A stretch of DNA of 64,000 bases from an uncultured Candidatus Saccharibacteria bacterium (GCA_964483665.1 CAZACP010000001.1:70358-134357), one strand, 5' to 3'; shown: positions 51,688-63,188, counted from the first letter of the stretch. Notes: a model not told the origin generated them from the letters alone. Translations and numbers: made by a program.

Positions 51688-52368
51688 TTAGCTGATTTTT
51701 GTTCCCTGGAAACTCCTATTTTCCAGAATATTTTTTAAATTTTCTAAATTTTTGCCGTTCGCGATTATCACCTTAAGCTTATTTGTTTTTGCTAAAACCG
51801 CGGCGGTCGGGTCAAATGGGGCATTTAGACCCGGACTCCATTTTTTTCCGGTTATTTTTAACAGACCGTCCCAGGAAATGCCGTGTATTTTTTTGGCGTC
51901 AGCAAATTTTTTTGGATCCTTGTCATACAAAAAGTCAATGTTGCTTAAGTTTATAACCGTATCCGCCCCGTAAGTTTTGGCCAAAATAACCGCGTCTTTG
52001 TCTGTGCTGCAGCCCGGTTTCCATCCGCCGGCCAAAAGAATTTTTTCCTTAAAATTCAATTTTTTGGTTGGGTCGGAAACGATTTGCGAATTCGCTAGTT
52101 TACCAAACATCATTCTTATAAAATGTGCGTTGGTATGGGTGGTGTAAATGCCCATCATGTCCAGGTCCTTGTGGCTTATGGCTGTAAGCTGGTTTAAGGC
52201 GCCCTGGTATTTGCGGCAAACTTTCCCCCCGCCGGTTATTAATATAAAACGGCGGCCTTTTTTTATTTGGGATTCAATGAGTTTTTTAAAGTTTTTTAAA
52301 AAACTTACGTCAATGTCTTCAGGGAAAATAAGCGAGCCACCAAGCGAAATAATAATTGGTTTGTTCAT
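51688..52368 (-). CDS. Amino-acid-kinase-family protein, most like archaeal-type UMP kinase (PyrH); isopentenyl phosphate kinase not excluded
   Basis: 226 aa; N-terminal IISLGGSL and ITGGG glycine motifs of the carbamate/uridylate kinase fold. Confidence 0.5.
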   Translation of the reverse strand: MNKPIIISLGGSLIFPEDIDVSFLKNFKKLIESQIKKGRRFILITGGGKVCRKYQGALNQLTAISHKDLDMMGIYTTHTNAHFIRMMFGKLANSQIVSDPTKKLNFKEKILLAGGWKPGCSTDKDAVILAKTYGADTVINLSNIDFLYDKDPKKFADAKKIHGISWDGLLKITGKKWSPGLNAPFDPTAAVLAKTNKLKVIIANGKNLENLKNILENRSFQGTKIS

Positions 52369-52388
52369 ATTAATCCCAATGGTTTAAG

Positions 52389-53336
52389 TTAATTTTTAAT
52401 GGGGTTTTCTATAGGGGTGGAAGTTGCAGTCCCGGCAACTTGTGTTTGCTTTTGGTTAGCGCAGGCCGTATTTCTGTAGCAGACATAGGCTCTTTCCGGG
52501 ACTCTTAGGTCAATGTAGCCCAAGGTTTCACCGGGTGAAATTTTTGTGAACAGCGTGCTTAGCGAATTTAGGCTTTCTTCCCAGGTTGTTTTAACATCAA
52601 ATTTTATTAAATAATTTTGCTGCGTTTCTACAATTAAATCCTGCTCGTTCTTAAAATCAATTTGAAAGTTTTTTACTTTTTGATTACTTACTTCGACTAA
52701 GTTCGAGCTTATTTTGTTTAGCAGACTAGTTTGGTCTTCCGAAAGCACTTTTTGGCCTATAACCCAATCCCCTGTCTGAGAAAAATTTATTTGGGTTAAA
52801 TTATTCTTTTCGGGCATAGGATCTAAAGACGTAATAATTCCGTCAGAGGAAATTTGGTAGCTAAAAGGGCCGCTTTGAGAGACATATTTTGCGTAGCGAG
52901 GGTTGATATTTAAAGTAATAGATGCGGGTAAATCTTTTTCTATGCTTGAAATTTCTTTAATGAATAAATTATTCTTTTCCAAACTATTTTTTAAAGCCGT
53001 TTTATTTAAAAGCAAAATATTTGTTTGCGGAAACAGGCTTCTTTTTTTTAAAAAAGTCTGAATCTGCCCTAAAACTTTTTCCCGTTCCTCAATTTTTAGC
53101 CCGTTAACCTCTATATTTTTAATATATAAGAAATTGGGTATGTAGGTTAAGTAGCTTAAAAGGCCTAAAACAAAGACTAAAGCCAGTTTAGACGGCCAAG
53201 TCTCAAGGCCGATTTTGGCAAAAAAAATCTCCTTGCTGGTTTGGGGGATTTTTCTTGCATTTCTTTTATAATGCCTGGCGCTGTCCAGTTTGTGCTTAAA
53301 ATTTTGGTTTTGGTAACGAAACTGCATATATGACAA
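52389..53336 (-). CDS. FtsQ/DivIB-like cell division protein (N-terminal TM plus POTRA-like domain)
   Basis: 315 aa; cytoplasmic basic N-terminus, one TM, then YIKNIEVNGLKIEEREKVLGQIQ (POTRA-like). Weak call. Confidence 0.4.
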   Translation of the reverse strand: MSYMQFRYQNQNFKHKLDSARHYKRNARKIPQTSKEIFFAKIGLETWPSKLALVFVLGLLSYLTYIPNFLYIKNIEVNGLKIEEREKVLGQIQTFLKKRSLFPQTNILLLNKTALKNSLEKNNLFIKEISSIEKDLPASITLNINPRYAKYVSQSGPFSYQISSDGIITSLDPMPEKNNLTQINFSQTGDWVIGQKVLSEDQTSLLNKISSNLVEVSNQKVKNFQIDFKNEQDLIVETQQNYLIKFDVKTTWEESLNSLSTLFTKISPGETLGYIDLRVPERAYVCYRNTACANQKQTQVAGTATSTPIENPIKN

Positions 53337-53370
53337 AATTAAAAAACTGCAAAAATTTTTGTATCAAGAT

Positions 53371-54747
53371 TTACTTCTGCTCTTTCTTACTATTGCCGTC
53401 GGTTTTGTCATTTTTTATTACGTCTTTGCCAACATAAGGTCTTAAAATTTCCGGCACTATAATTGAACCATCTTTTTGCTGGTAGTTTTCCCATATTGCT
53501 ATTAAAATTCTGGGTGAAGCTACCACGGTGTTGTTTAAAGTATAAACGTGCTTTGTTTTTCCGTCCGCTGTTTTGTACTTTATGTTAAGCCTTCTGGCCT
53601 GCCAGTCGGTTAGGTTTGAATCAGAATGAGTTTCGCCGTAATTGCTTCGGGCCGGCATCCAGGTTTCTACGTCGTACATTTTGTATTTGCCCGCGCCCAT
53701 ATCGCCGGTACAAATATTAAGGACGCGATGCGGGAGTTTTAAATCCTTTAACATTTCTTGGGCAATTTCCCTCATATTCTCCAGCCATTGGTCGCTTTCT
53801 AAAATATCGGCTTTGCAAAGTACTACCTGTTCAACTTTCATAAATTCGTGAATCCTGTAAATGCCTTTTGTGTCTTTGCCGTAACTGCCGACTTCTCCCC
53901 TAAAACACGGACTAATTCCGCAAACTTTTATGGGTAAATCCTTTTCATTTAAAGTTTTGTCCGCGTAGTAAGCTAAAAGCGCGGGTTCGCTAGTACCCCC
54001 AAGGTAAATTTTTTCAGAAGAGCCGCTCTTAATTTCTTCTTCGGTTAAAACCTGGTACTGTTCTGCTTTGCCAAAAGGAAAATGGCCGCTGCCGTAATAG
54101 GCAAAGTCTTTGCCTAAGGCCGGCGGAATCATAAGCCCGAAGCCTTTGGCCTGCATTTTTTTAATAGCGTGCCAAATAAGTCCGTACTGCATAAGCACAG
54201 CCTCATTTTTTAAGTAGTAGCCTCTAAAGCCGGCGGTTTTTACTCCGGCTTCCAAGTCGAGCATATTTAAACTGGCGCCGAGCTCAATATGGTCTTTAAT
54301 AGGAAAATCGAATTTCGGCGGAACTTGCGCGGCTTTGTCCACGTCTTTGGCGTCTAAATCGCCTAAAGTAGGCGACCAATATCTCCAGGGCACATTTGCG
54401 CTGTCATCCGGCCCTACCGGTGTTTCCGGGCTTGGAATGTTTGGAACTAAGTACATTAGCTGGTCGTACTCGGTTTGGATTTGATTTACTTTTATTTTAA
54501 GCTCATCGGTTTTTGCGTCTACTTCCTTCATTTCCAACAGCTTGGCTTTTTTATCTTCGCCTTCAAGCTTGGGTATTTCCTTGGAAGCCTGGTTTTTTGA
54601 CGCCTGCAAACTTTCAAGCTCAGTTAAGAAAGTTCTTCTTTGGGCGTCTAGGTCTAAAAGCCGGTCTAAATCTAAGTTAATGCGCTTGTTTTTTATGGCT
54701 TCTTTAAGTTTTTCCGCGTTCTCGCGAATGAATTTTATGTCTAACAT
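53371..54747 (-). CDS. serS: Seryl-tRNA synthetase
   Basis: 458 aa; N-terminal coiled-coil tRNA-binding arm; class II motifs (GTSEPALLAYY; FRGE; TLNNTVVASPR). Confidence 0.9.
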   Translation of the reverse strand: MLDIKFIRENAEKLKEAIKNKRINLDLDRLLDLDAQRRTFLTELESLQASKNQASKEIPKLEGEDKKAKLLEMKEVDAKTDELKIKVNQIQTEYDQLMYLVPNIPSPETPVGPDDSANVPWRYWSPTLGDLDAKDVDKAAQVPPKFDFPIKDHIELGASLNMLDLEAGVKTAGFRGYYLKNEAVLMQYGLIWHAIKKMQAKGFGLMIPPALGKDFAYYGSGHFPFGKAEQYQVLTEEEIKSGSSEKIYLGGTSEPALLAYYADKTLNEKDLPIKVCGISPCFRGEVGSYGKDTKGIYRIHEFMKVEQVVLCKADILESDQWLENMREIAQEMLKDLKLPHRVLNICTGDMGAGKYKMYDVETWMPARSNYGETHSDSNLTDWQARRLNIKYKTADGKTKHVYTLNNTVVASPRILIAIWENYQQKDGSIIVPEILRPYVGKDVIKNDKTDGNSKKEQK

Positions 54748-54780
54748 AAAAAATAGTGATTAGTGCTAAGTGCTTAGTAA

Positions 54781-55215
54781 TTAGTTTAAAAGATCAACAG
54801 TCTTTTGAATATTTTTGAATGTGTTGTAGTTCTTTACTTCTTTTAATGGTACGAATTTTAATTCTGCGATTTCCTGGTCAAGCCCGGCTTTTAATTCCCC
54901 GGAAATAATTTTACATTCGTATGACATTACAATAACCTGTGTTTCTTTATTTAGCATTTCCGAAAAAATTTTTGGTAGTAGTCTAGTTATTTCAACTTCC
55001 ACCCCGGCTTCTTCCAAAACTTCTCTTTTTAATGCTTCTTCCGGATTTTCCCCAAACTCTATTCCCCCGCCAACAAACTCCCATTTGTCGTGCGCATCTT
55101 TTAAACCAGGCTCGTTTCGTCTTGCCAGTAAAACATCGCCATTTTCATTTCTAATTATTGCCACAACAATAGTTATTTGATTTTTTCCCATAATATCCAA
55201 ATATCTAATTTCCAA
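54781..55215 (-). CDS. NUDIX hydrolase
   Basis: Nudix box GGGIEFGENPEEALKREVLEEAGV; 144 aa. The true start may be the internal MGKNQ. Confidence 0.8.
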   Translation of the reverse strand: MEIRYLDIMGKNQITIVVAIIRNENGDVLLARRNEPGLKDAHDKWEFVGGGIEFGENPEEALKREVLEEAGVEVEITRLLPKIFSEMLNKETQVIVMSYECKIISGELKAGLDQEIAELKFVPLKEVKNYNTFKNIQKTVDLLN

Positions 55216-56683
55216 TATCTGTTCCCGATTTTTCCTTCATAAGCGGAAATACAACTGTCTCTCGTATAGATTTACCCATTAAAACTGAAAATAGCCTTTC
55301 AGAAACTCCAAATCCGGCAGCCGGAGGCATACCGTATTCCATGGCTTCCACATAAGCTTCGTCCAGCATTTGGGCTTCTTCGTCCCCTGCCGCCCGAAGC
55401 TTCATTTGCTCGTCAAAACGGGAACGTTGGTCAATTGGGTCGTTAAGTTCGCCAAAACCCTTGCCTAACTCCGTGCCAAACGCTAAAATCTGCATCCTCT
55501 GAACAATTTTAGGGTTCTTTGGGTCTCTTTTGGCAAGCGGTTCTAATTCTACCGGCTGGTCTACTAAAAATACAGGCTTATTGCCCGGAATATTTTTTCT
55601 GACTTCCTTAAAAATAATGTCTATTAACCTGCCTCGGCCAGCTGCCGGTTCGTATTTTAAATGATGTTTGTCGCAGTATGCGCGCAGTTCATTGTCATCT
55701 GCTTCCATTAAATCCAGCCCCGTATGTTTTTTAAAAATTTCAATATAGCTAATTTTTTCCCAAGTCCCCGAGAAGTCCACTGTTTGTCCGTGGGCAGTTA
55801 TTGTTAAGTCGCCAAAAACATCCATAATAATTTTTTGGTACATTTTTTGACAAAACTGCATCATTTGTTCAAAACCCGCGTATGCCCAGTAAAATTCCAT
55901 TTGGGTGTAGTCCTGCAAGTGTTCGGTGTCTATGCCCTCGTTCCTAAAAATGCGGCCAATTTCAAAAACTTTCTCATAGCCCGCTACCAGCATTTTTTTT
56001 AATGGAAGCTCTAAGCTTATCCTAAGGTAGAAATCACGATCAAGCGCGTTATGGTGGGTTATAAACGGTCTAGCTTCCGCTCCGCCGGGTATGGGTTCGA
56101 GTATAGGCATATCTATATGCAAGAACCCGGCGTCCTCCATAAATTTTCTCATACTATTCCAAAACTTGGATTTCTTTACAAAAACTTCTTTGGCCTCGGG
56201 GTTTAGTAAAATATCTAAGTATCTTTTTCTTAGGCGGGTTTCTTCATCTGCCAGACCAAAATGTTCAGTCGGTAGAGGCAGCAGGCTTTTTGCCAGCAGT
56301 TTATAGCTTAGGGTTTGCAGAGTTTTTTCTTCGGTTTTGGTTTTAAACAGTTTGCCGGTAACCTGCACAAAGTCTCCGGTATCTAGGTTTTTTAAAGCAA
56401 ACTTAAAAACATCTGCTCCTAAGTCATCGCTCTTAAACAAAACCTGTATTTTGGCAGATCCGTCTTCTATATGGACAAACATAATTTTGCCCATATCGCG
56501 AAAAGAACGGATCCTGCCGACTAAAGTAATTTCCTGATTTTGTAAACTGTCAAAGTCATTTAAAGCCTGTAGATTGGTGTGGGTACGCTCGGTAATGGAA
56601 GGATACGGGTCAACTCCCGCGGCTTTAACAGCCTCAAGCTTGGTTTTTTTTGCTTTTATAATATCTTCTAGTCTTTCTGACAT
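55205..56683 (-). CDS. lysS: Lysyl-tRNA synthetase, class II
   Basis: 492 aa; N-terminal OB anticodon-binding domain, class II motifs 1-3 (FLVDQPVELEPLAK...; GGAEARPFITHHNALD; GFGVSERL). Confidence 0.9.
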   Translation of the reverse strand: MSERLEDIIKAKKTKLEAVKAAGVDPYPSITERTHTNLQALNDFDSLQNQEITLVGRIRSFRDMGKIMFVHIEDGSAKIQVLFKSDDLGADVFKFALKNLDTGDFVQVTGKLFKTKTEEKTLQTLSYKLLAKSLLPLPTEHFGLADEETRLRKRYLDILLNPEAKEVFVKKSKFWNSMRKFMEDAGFLHIDMPILEPIPGGAEARPFITHHNALDRDFYLRISLELPLKKMLVAGYEKVFEIGRIFRNEGIDTEHLQDYTQMEFYWAYAGFEQMMQFCQKMYQKIIMDVFGDLTITAHGQTVDFSGTWEKISYIEIFKKHTGLDLMEADDNELRAYCDKHHLKYEPAAGRGRLIDIIFKEVRKNIPGNKPVFLVDQPVELEPLAKRDPKNPKIVQRMQILAFGTELGKGFGELNDPIDQRSRFDEQMKLRAAGDEEAQMLDEAYVEAMEYGMPPAAGFGVSERLFSVLMGKSIRETVVFPLMKEKSGTDIGN

Positions 56684-56815
56684 GGTGAATTAAATTGTAT
56701 TTAAGCCATTCCGAACGGAGTGAGGAATCCCTTCTGGGTTGTTTAAAAAGCGATTCTTCGCTACGCTCTGAATGGCTGAATGTTTAGGTGATTAAAATCT
56801 TTAATTTATTATAAC

Positions 56816-56850
56816 AAAAAACCGCCCCTTTGGGCAAAGGGCGGTTTAAT
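56816..56850 (-). terminator. Intrinsic terminator after greA, followed on the minus strand by TTGTTATAAT (-10-like) for lysS
   Basis: Minus-strand read: ACCGCCCTTTGCCCAAAGGGGCGGT followed by TTTTTT, then gTTATAAT. Confidence 0.7.
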
Positions 56851-56884
56851 TTCGTCGATTTCGTCAATTTCTTCTATTTTCTTG

Positions 56885-57346
56885 TTATTCAATAGAAACT
56901 ATTTCGTATTCAGTTTCTCCTGCCGGGGTTTGGATTTTTGTTTTGTTCCCGGCTTTTTGGCCTAAAAGCGCTTTTCCCACAATGGACTCATTGGAAATCT
57001 TGTTTTCTTTTGGGTTAGCTTCATTGCTCCCCACTATAGTGTATTTTCTTTCATTGCCGCCTACCTTTACCGTAACAGTTGAGCCTATGGTGACTGTGTT
57101 GTGATTGCCGCCGGACTGAATAATTTCCGCATTTTTAATCATGTCTTCTATTTCAGCAATCCTGCCTTCTATAAAACTTTGCTCTTCACGGGCTTGGGCG
57201 TAGTCGGCGTTTTCGCTTAAATCGCCATGAGCTGCTGCCTCGCGGATGCGTTCAATAACCTCTTTGCGTTTTACTTCAATTAGGTTTTTGAGTTCGTCGT
57301 TAAGTTTTGTAAGCCCTTCCGGGGTTAAAAGATATTTTTTAGCCAT
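56885..57346 (-). CDS. greA: Transcription elongation factor GreA
   Basis: 153 aa; N-terminal coiled coil, C-terminal FKBP-like domain (GSTVTVK...YTIVG). Confidence 0.9.
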   Translation of the reverse strand: MAKKYLLTPEGLTKLNDELKNLIEVKRKEVIERIREAAAHGDLSENADYAQAREEQSFIEGRIAEIEDMIKNAEIIQSGGNHNTVTIGSTVTVKVGGNERKYTIVGSNEANPKENKISNESIVGKALLGQKAGNKTKIQTPAGETEYEIVSIE

Positions 57347-57443
57347 GTTATTAAAATATTCCCGCGCTATGCGGGAATTAAAATTGCTTATTTATTATGG
57401 TTAGTTGATATATCTTACAACTATTTTATTTTTGTGTCAATGT

Positions 57444-57562
57444 TCACAGATACACAGATAAAATACAGATAACACAGATTTGACTTAATCTGGTTTTATG
57501 GCATTTCTCAATTTGTGATATTAAATGAGTCTGTGGTATCTGTGTGCAGCAAAGATCTGTGA
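57444..57562. repeat. CACAGAT(A) repeat array, 4 forward then 3 inverted copies, in the gyrB-greA spacer
   Basis: ttCACAGATaCACAGATAaaatACAGATAaCACAGATttgac ... gtCTGTGgtATCTGTGtgcagcaaagATCTGTGaa. Confidence 0.85.
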
Positions 57563-57563
57563 A

Positions 57564-59645
<2,082 letters not shown>

Positions 59646-59649
59646 TCAT

Positions 59650-59937
59650 CTAACAAATGTGAATCAATATTTTTTCGTATTTTTTTAATATCTGTTTGAT
59701 TTTCGACTTATAATTTGGCCCGTCGTATTCTTTTAAAAGTTTAATAGTTGATTGAATTTGACTATAATTCGCATCGGTACCCGCGTAAATAAGCTTATTT
59801 CTTTCGAGTTCAGACAAGCCTTTAACACCTTCTATAAATTCTTTGGGTAAATAATTAGTACTACTAAATAAGTTCTCCAAAGACAAATAGAGGTTATTTA
59901 TATAGATATCAATGTTTGGATTAGCCTCAGCAAACAT
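59650..59937 (-). CDS. Hypothetical protein (95 aa)
   Basis: ORF only; AT-rich, no motif. Confidence 0.3.
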   Translation of the reverse strand: MFAEANPNIDIYINNLYLSLENLFSSTNYLPKEFIEGVKGLSELERNKLIYAGTDANYSQIQSTIKLLKEYDGPNYKSKIKQILKKYEKILIHIC

Positions 59938-60049
59938 ATAATTAATTTTAGCAAATTTTAAGGTAAAAATCCAGTCAAAAATGTGTATAAAAATATATAA
60001 AATAACGCTTAAATAAGCGCTATTTTAGGTATCATACTATATCATACTT

Positions 60050-61177
60050 TTATCTGAGCTCGGCATTGTAAATTCTTTTGGTTTCATCGTAAAGTTTGTT
60101 GTGAATTACGTCAACTTCTTCACTTTTTAAAGTCCTTTCCGGGCTCCTATAAACTATGTGGTAGGTATAAGACATTCGGTCTTTGCCGAATTTTTCGTCG
60201 TTTTCGTACTTATCCATAAGTTCTACCTGCTCGACTAAGTCCCCTCCAAGTTCCCTAATCAAATCAAAATAATTATTCGGTACAAAGTTTTTATTTACAA
60301 TAAAAGAAATATCCCTGGGTACAGGTGGAAACTTGGAAACTTCTACGTACTTTTGGCCTAAAACAAGTTGTTTTTTAATTCTCTCATCTGTAGACCACAA
60401 AAGCCTTATGTCTGGAAGTTCCATAGAAATCATTGCCAATCTTTCAAGTCCAAAGCCAAAAGCCCAACCATGGTAACCCTTCAGACCCATGTTTTCGAGG
60501 CAAGATTTTCTAGCCATGCCGCTGCCAAGCATTTCAATCCATTGGCCCTTTATTTCAGCCTCCATTTCAAAACTGGGGTCGGTGTATGGAAAATTATGTT
60601 CATAAAAACGAAAGTTGGCATTTCCAAAAACACTTTTAGCTACTTCTGATAAAGTGTTTTTTAAATCATCAGGAGTTATAGTTTGCTTGTCATCTGGCGC
60701 TACGTATAAACCACCAAACTGATGAAAAACATTCATGTGTTTACTATCGATTTCATCTTTCCTGTAAACTTTACCATAACAAATTGCGCCAAGTGTTTCT
60801 TTATTTTCAATACGCTTTTTTATTTCTGGATGGTTTAAATAATAATACCAAAAGACAGTATCATGTGTTCTGAGCACATTTTTTTCATTTACATAGTAGG
60901 TATCAGATTTTGAACGCGCCGGGTGTTCCGGCCCCATATTAAATAAATCAAACAAAATATTGGTCGGGGTAATTTCAGGAATTTTTATATCATCAAAGCC
61001 CTCAAGATTTTTAACTTTTTTAGCTCTCTGAACTATTTCTGCCAAAGGACTGTCTTTGCTTCTGGATAAGTCAGGCATGCTTAAATAGCGCCTTATTCTA
61101 AGCGCTTCAAAGTCGGTTCGTTTTTCTAACTCAGCTTTTAAGCTATTTTCTTCTGAAGTATCTATTACTATGTTCAT
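60050..61177 (-). CDS. pheS: Phenylalanyl-tRNA synthetase alpha subunit
   Basis: Class II motifs: HPAR (motif 2 region), FRNE-like, and GWAFGFGLERLAMI (motif 3); 375 aa. Confidence 0.85.
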   Translation of the reverse strand: MNIVIDTSEENSLKAELEKRTDFEALRIRRYLSMPDLSRSKDSPLAEIVQRAKKVKNLEGFDDIKIPEITPTNILFDLFNMGPEHPARSKSDTYYVNEKNVLRTHDTVFWYYYLNHPEIKKRIENKETLGAICYGKVYRKDEIDSKHMNVFHQFGGLYVAPDDKQTITPDDLKNTLSEVAKSVFGNANFRFYEHNFPYTDPSFEMEAEIKGQWIEMLGSGMARKSCLENMGLKGYHGWAFGFGLERLAMISMELPDIRLLWSTDERIKKQLVLGQKYVEVSKFPPVPRDISFIVNKNFVPNNYFDLIRELGGDLVEQVELMDKYENDEKFGKDRMSYTYHIVYRSPERTLKSEEVDVIHNKLYDETKRIYNAELR

Positions 61178-61204
61178 AGCTGTTAGTTATTTATTGGTAT
61201 TAAG

Positions 61205-61240
61205 ATATCGGGATATTGCTTAATATTCTCAATATCTGCC
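61205..61240. repeat. GATATC/GATATT/AATATT/AATATC repeat block in the spacer upstream of pheS
   Basis: aaGATATCgGGATATTgcttAATATTctcAATATCtg. Confidence 0.75.
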
Positions 61241-61674
61241 TAAGATTTTATCATATCAGCTTTAAATTCGCTACCAGGTTTTACGTCTTGCTTTAGCAGC
61301 ATTATTTCGGGTTTGTCGCCGGGGGTTTTAGACAAAACAAGTTCAAAAGCAGCGCAAATCATACCCTGGCTTTCTATGCCGCGGATCTTTGCTTTTTGCA
61401 AAATGAAAGGCTCATGGGTTTCGGAATGAATGTTTTGGACAATTTGCGCGCCTGGTAAAGCTAAGGCTACTATATCCCCTTCTCCAAAATTAAAAGCCCC
61501 GCAGACAACTGGTTCTACTATTCTGTCTCCTATATCTAGCTTAATAATTCTGAGCCTGTCGGCATTGGGGTGTTTCTCCACTCCCGCTACCTTTGCCGCA
61601 ACCACTCCCGGAAAAGTTTTCACTGATAATGAAGACGAGAAAAATAATTTTTTGAAAAAATCTATTATTCCCAT
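61240..61674 (-). CDS. Stand-alone tRNA-binding domain protein (Myf/CsaA/PheT-N-terminal-like OB fold)
   Basis: Start taken at MGIIDFFKK. VVAAKVAGVEKHPNADRLRIIKLDIGD...VVCGAFNFGEGDIVALALPGA matches the tRNA_bind domain found at the N-terminus of PheT. Confidence 0.6.
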   Translation of the reverse strand: MGIIDFFKKLFFSSSLSVKTFPGVVAAKVAGVEKHPNADRLRIIKLDIGDRIVEPVVCGAFNFGEGDIVALALPGAQIVQNIHSETHEPFILQKAKIRGIESQGMICAAFELVLSKTPGDKPEIMLLKQDVKPGSEFKADMIKS

Positions 61675-61705
61675 AATTATGTCAATTTGATCAATTTTGT
61701 CAATT

Positions 61706-63181
61706 TTAATAGTCCCTGCATTCTTCCTGATTGCACATATACCCGGTTTTGCCGCTTGGAGGGGCGTCGTAAATAGCTTTAAGGGTAAAAGTGTCAAATG
61801 TTTCCGAAGCCTGGTATTCATAGTCTGCACTTGTTTTTGGGTCTTTGGGTATATTGGTCATGTATTTGGGAACAAGCGCGGTTTTATATTTTTCTTTGGA
61901 CGGGAAAACATACTCTTGGCTGCCTGCTATATTGTCAGCGGAATAAACCAGCAAGGCAGAACGCAAGCTATCTAAGTCAGTTCGTCTTTGGTCGTCCGAC
62001 GCGGCTGCTTCCAAATTCAACTTGTCATTTTTTGCATCTTTGGCAGTCTTTTTTATTAATTGATTTAAGGTTTCGCTGTAATAGCTTAAAGTAAAGTCTG
62101 TTTTAGACGCATTGGCCGCGTAAGAGTAAACGTATTTGTCTAAATTTATAGGGTCATTTGGATTTAGCGCAGTTTTTATATAGGGCTTAATTGAATCGTA
62201 CATCGGTTTAAATTCGTTGCCGGCCGGGTAAGATTTGTTGTCATCAAAATATTTAATTAAGGCAATACCTACGGTTTTTATGGTCAAAGAGCGCTGGGTG
62301 TCTCGGTCTTGTTTGGCTTCCGGAGTCATTTCTATGTCTTTGGGTAGTCCGGTCTGAGTTGTGGTAGCTGTTGTAACCAAAGTGCTGCTTGCCGTACTAC
62401 TTGCAGAGGGGGCGTTTGAGTCAAATAAATAAATTTTGCTTAAAGCCTCAGTTAGAGCCGTAAGTGTCGGCTGATGCAGGCCAAACTGCCTCATTTTTTC
62501 ATTGAGGTTTTTGATTTCTTCAGACGTAAGTTTTTTGTCGGTTTTTGGATCGTAAGCGTTTTTAGCGTATTCGGTATCGGTATAATTTTTATTCACTCCG
62601 GAGTGGTCAGCCAGCGGGTCGGTGCCGAATACATTAATTTCGTCTCCGTCAGCCAAGCTGTCTTTGTCAGAATCGGCGTTATTTGGATCTGTTTTTAGAG
62701 TATACTCCTGCTCGTTTACCAGACCGTCCCTGTCCGGGTCTGCCGGGTTGCCGCAAATAGCAGGGTCGCAGTCGATTTTGTTGAAATATTTTACCAGCCA
62801 AGCATCTTTGGTAAAACCGGATTCGCCTTGGGTTTGCTTTTTTGGCTGACTAACTACAAAATCTTCAGTTTTGTATTCGTTTAAAAAATATTTGGGTACA
62901 ATAAAATACCCGGCTGCTCCGAGCACTGCCAAAATTATGAACAAAATAATATAGAGTTTAAATCTGGCAAAAAAACTTTTTTTCACTGCGTTTGCGGCAG
63001 GTTCCCCCGGCGCTTTTTGGGCGCTAATGTCAGGGGCTTTGGGTTCAGGTTTTGTTGAGCTAGTAATATTGGGCATAACCAAAGAAGAGTTTTTAATTTT
63101 AGGCATTACATTAAAAAAAGTTAAACTCTCTGTCTCTTCTTTGTGCTCTGAAGATTCGATTTGTTTTTTTTGCTCTTCCAT
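61706..63181 (-). CDS. Membrane-anchored surface protein with thrombospondin type-3-like Ca-binding repeats and two pilin-like (GspG-like) modules
   Basis: 491 aa; one TM (LYIILFIILAVLGAAGYFIV); DPDRDGL / DSDKDSLADGDE / DPLAD aspartate repeats. Two segments match the pilin body pattern: DTQRSLTIKTVGIALIKYFDDNKSYP and DQRRTDLDSLRSALLVYSADN. Confidence 0.45.
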   Translation of the reverse strand: MEEQKKQIESSEHKEETESLTFFNVMPKIKNSSLVMPNITSSTKPEPKAPDISAQKAPGEPAANAVKKSFFARFKLYIILFIILAVLGAAGYFIVPKYFLNEYKTEDFVVSQPKKQTQGESGFTKDAWLVKYFNKIDCDPAICGNPADPDRDGLVNEQEYTLKTDPNNADSDKDSLADGDEINVFGTDPLADHSGVNKNYTDTEYAKNAYDPKTDKKLTSEEIKNLNEKMRQFGLHQPTLTALTEALSKIYLFDSNAPSASSTASSTLVTTATTTQTGLPKDIEMTPEAKQDRDTQRSLTIKTVGIALIKYFDDNKSYPAGNEFKPMYDSIKPYIKTALNPNDPINLDKYVYSYAANASKTDFTLSYYSETLNQLIKKTAKDAKNDKLNLEAAASDDQRRTDLDSLRSALLVYSADNIAGSQEYVFPSKEKYKTALVPKYMTNIPKDPKTSADYEYQASETFDTFTLKAIYDAPPSGKTGYMCNQEECRDY

Positions 63182-63188
63182 AGTTAGC

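Noticed and set aside
57347-57563. Chromosomal origin (oriC) next to gyrB
   Set aside because: The repeats are CACAGAT, not DnaA boxes. dnaA and dnaN are not in the window. The same heptamer recurs at two other unrelated loci. The only perfect TTATCCACA in the window, at 20405-20413, is isolated.
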